This document shows positions 62,082 through 64,000 of a stretch of DNA of 64,000 bases, in pieces (positions within the stretch are counted from its first letter, which is position 1; each line of letters starts with the position of its first letter). The translations under genes were made by a program, and so were the position numbers. Source of the DNA: an uncultured Parachlamydiaceae bacterium (GTDB lineage: Bacteria; Chlamydiota; Chlamydiia; Chlamydiales; Parachlamydiaceae); contig CAVULX010000004.1 of assembly GCA_963742415.1 (NCBI GenBank), positions 704,001-768,000 on the forward strand. The letters run 5' to 3'. The notes beneath the pieces were generated by a model, which saw nothing but the letters and a program-made list of their open reading frames with translations, did no database searches and was not told where the DNA came from.

Positions 62082-62330
62082 GAGTGGGGCGGCTTGCTGC
62101 ATTCGCATGAAGCTAAGGTAAACCATTTGTACCAGGCTTTCAGCCTGCATATGCCTCTACCTTATTTCCTGGGGCGTTGCCCCAGGCTATAATATGGCAG
62201 GCCTTCAGCCTGCAAATGATTATGCATGATATTACCTGGGGCATTGCCCCAGGCTATTGTAAACCAGGCTTTCAGCCTGGTAGAAATGGTTTACCTTAGC
62301 TTTATGCGTATGCGGAATGCCGCCGCACTC
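62082..62330. repeat. REP/REPIN-like composite palindrome
   Basis: Outer IR ...AAGCTAAGGTAAACCATTTGTACCAGGCT / AGCCTGGTAGAAATGGTTTACCTTAGCTT..., two CCTGGGGCRTTGCCCCAGG hairpins and three CAGGCYTTCAGCCTG hairpins. Confidence 0.88.
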
Positions 62331-62379
62331 ACAAGGGAGGGCCCCAAAACCATTAAACCTAAACGAGAGAACTTTTACT

Positions 62380-64000
62380 ATGAATGTTACAGAACAGAGC
62401 CGAACTTCCACAACTACTGTCCCTGATGTACAGAAGTTTTTACAAACAACGACCTCTCCTTTTAATGACTCTGAAATTTCTGCGCTGGCCGATGCAATAA
62501 AATGTAACTTATCTTCAACTTATGAAGAAAAACGGCTTGCCCGATTAGACAAAGAGGTCTTAAGCCGCCTGCAGTATCCTCGACTTCTCATCGCATGCAT
62601 CAGCCCACACCTCGACAAATCTACATACCTTTTTGAACAGGACGAACCCACTGTTGATGCCTTTATCAAGTTAGCTACCACCTATAAAAGAAATTACTAT
62701 CCACCAGAGACTTTTTTGAGCCTCTTCAACGACTTTATGCAAGTCGTTCACCGCTATAAAGGCCACCCTTCAACAAAAGTATTCCGCAATATCCTGCCTT
62801 ACGATCAGGGAGGGAAAGAATGGCTCGCCAATGCACTGGCAAACAATCTGAATCTTTCAAAATCTGAAGCCATCATTTTGCAGTTAAATAATATGCCATC
62901 CTTATTTAAACCATCAAAAGCTACTCAAATAAAATACACAATTACTTATCAGGAAGAGTTTGCACTTGGCTCGCCCGCCTCTCTCCAAATTTTGTCACCG
63001 GACAATATTCTTGCAAAAATCCGCTATGCCTTTGGAAACACAACCTTCAGAGCTACAAATGAGACAGCGAAAGCTCAAAAGGATCTTGAAAAACCAGGTT
63101 TTCAAGAAACTTTCACTCCGTCGGATCAAGCGCATCTATTGCAAATATTAGTTCATCTTTCCTCCCAACCCAATCAACAACTGCCTAAGCGCACTGAATT
63201 GAAATTTTTAGAATGGTGTAAGCTGGTTAAAGAAAACCTGGGCGATGAAATTTTTCTTCTCGTAACCAATGAACAAAGTTACAAAAGTGGATCCGTCACA
63301 GAAGCGATCTTAGTGATGCAACAATTGATCGATATCTCAGATGATATTCCAGGGGTTGTTCCTTTACTCAAAAAATTTTATGTAAATCAACTCTCTTTAG
63401 CAGAACTGAACCAAAAGCTTGCCGAAGCCAAGAAGGAGATTGAAAGAAAAAAGTATGTCGAAAAGGATTTAAATGAAGTTTTGGAAGCTTTTTCCGGTAG
63501 GAATGAAAATTCCTATGTCGACATCCCTTTAAACAAAGAGGAACTCGATAAGATAACGGAGGAATATCGAAGAATTGTTGAAATCCAGGCAGAAGTCAAA
63601 AAATGCACTTTAAATGTTCTTGTCGACCAGATCGAACAAATAAAAATCCGATGCAAAACTCAACCCATTACAGAACAAGATAAATTGACCATTTTTGCGA
63701 TTGGCCGCGAGGTCATTCGGCTTAAATATGGGATTTTACCTTATAATACTCAAATATTAGCCATTTTAGGGCTTCTTCAATATCCCCCTCATCTCAGAGG
63801 GAGAATTGCCCGTATCCTTACCAGTGAAGGAAAATCAACCATCATGCGTTTGTTGAATTTTTATTGGGCTTGCCAAAATCAACGTGTGGGATCCCTTTCC
63901 TCCTCCCGTTATCTTTCATACCGCGATTACGAAGAATCGCTCGAATTTTTTAACACTTTTAACATAAAGACCTCCCACCTTTGCATCGATGATCCAACAG
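62380..64000 (+). CDS. Partial ORF (at least 540 aa, runs off the window) with a SecA DEAD-like ATPase domain; not in ORF track
   Basis: Stop-free frame from ATG 62380 checked by hand; REVIRLKYGILPYNTQIL...GRIARILTSEGKST...SSRYLSYRD. Confidence 0.75.
   Translation, partial: MNVTEQSRTSTTTVPDVQKFLQTTTSPFNDSEISALADAIKCNLSSTYEEKRLARLDKEVLSRLQYPRLLIACISPHLDKSTYLFEQDEPTVDAFIKLATTYKRNYYPPETFLSLFNDFMQVVHRYKGHPSTKVFRNILPYDQGGKEWLANALANNLNLSKSEAIILQLNNMPSLFKPSKATQIKYTITYQEEFALGSPASLQILSPDNILAKIRYAFGNTTFRATNETAKAQKDLEKPGFQETFTPSDQAHLLQILVHLSSQPNQQLPKRTELKFLEWCKLVKENLGDEIFLLVTNEQSYKSGSVTEAILVMQQLIDISDDIPGVVPLLKKFYVNQLSLAELNQKLAEAKKEIERKKYVEKDLNEVLEAFSGRNENSYVDIPLNKEELDKITEEYRRIVEIQAEVKKCTLNVLVDQIEQIKIRCKTQPITEQDKLTIFAIGREVIRLKYGILPYNTQILAILGLLQYPPHLRGRIARILTSEGKSTIMRLLNFYWACQNQRVGSLSSSRYLSYRDYEESLEFFNTFNIKTSHLCIDDPT

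Overview
64 kb of an AT-rich bacterial chromosome, most likely from an environmental Chlamydiae (Parachlamydiales-like) organism. This is inferred from the rpsL-rpsG-fusA-rpsJ order without tuf, the adjacent rodA/birA pair and the many eukaryote-like proteins. Housekeeping genes are htpX, dsbB, sucA-sucB-lpdA, system II cytochrome c biogenesis genes, azoR, oppABCDF, dxr, the str cluster, rodA, birA and xerC. Between them lie candidate host-directed effectors: three Ser/Thr kinases (one with five RVxF-like motifs), a herpes-tegument-like (VTD/C76) deubiquitinase, two F-box proteins, a CX5R SopB/IpgD-like phosphatase, a 2914-aa ankyrin protein and a SecA-ATPase-like ORF that runs off the window and is missing from the ORF track. 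Many intergenic regions hold long, modular, sometimes nested palindromic repeats from at least four families. Two copies of one family have their central spacer in opposite orientations, and two repeats supply gene stop codons. The str cluster carries many frameshifts, most of which place two synonymous wobble bases side by side; this points to a mixed-template consensus artefact rather than real pseudogenes. No tRNA, rRNA, CRISPR array or transposase was recognised. All family calls are by eye, without database searches.
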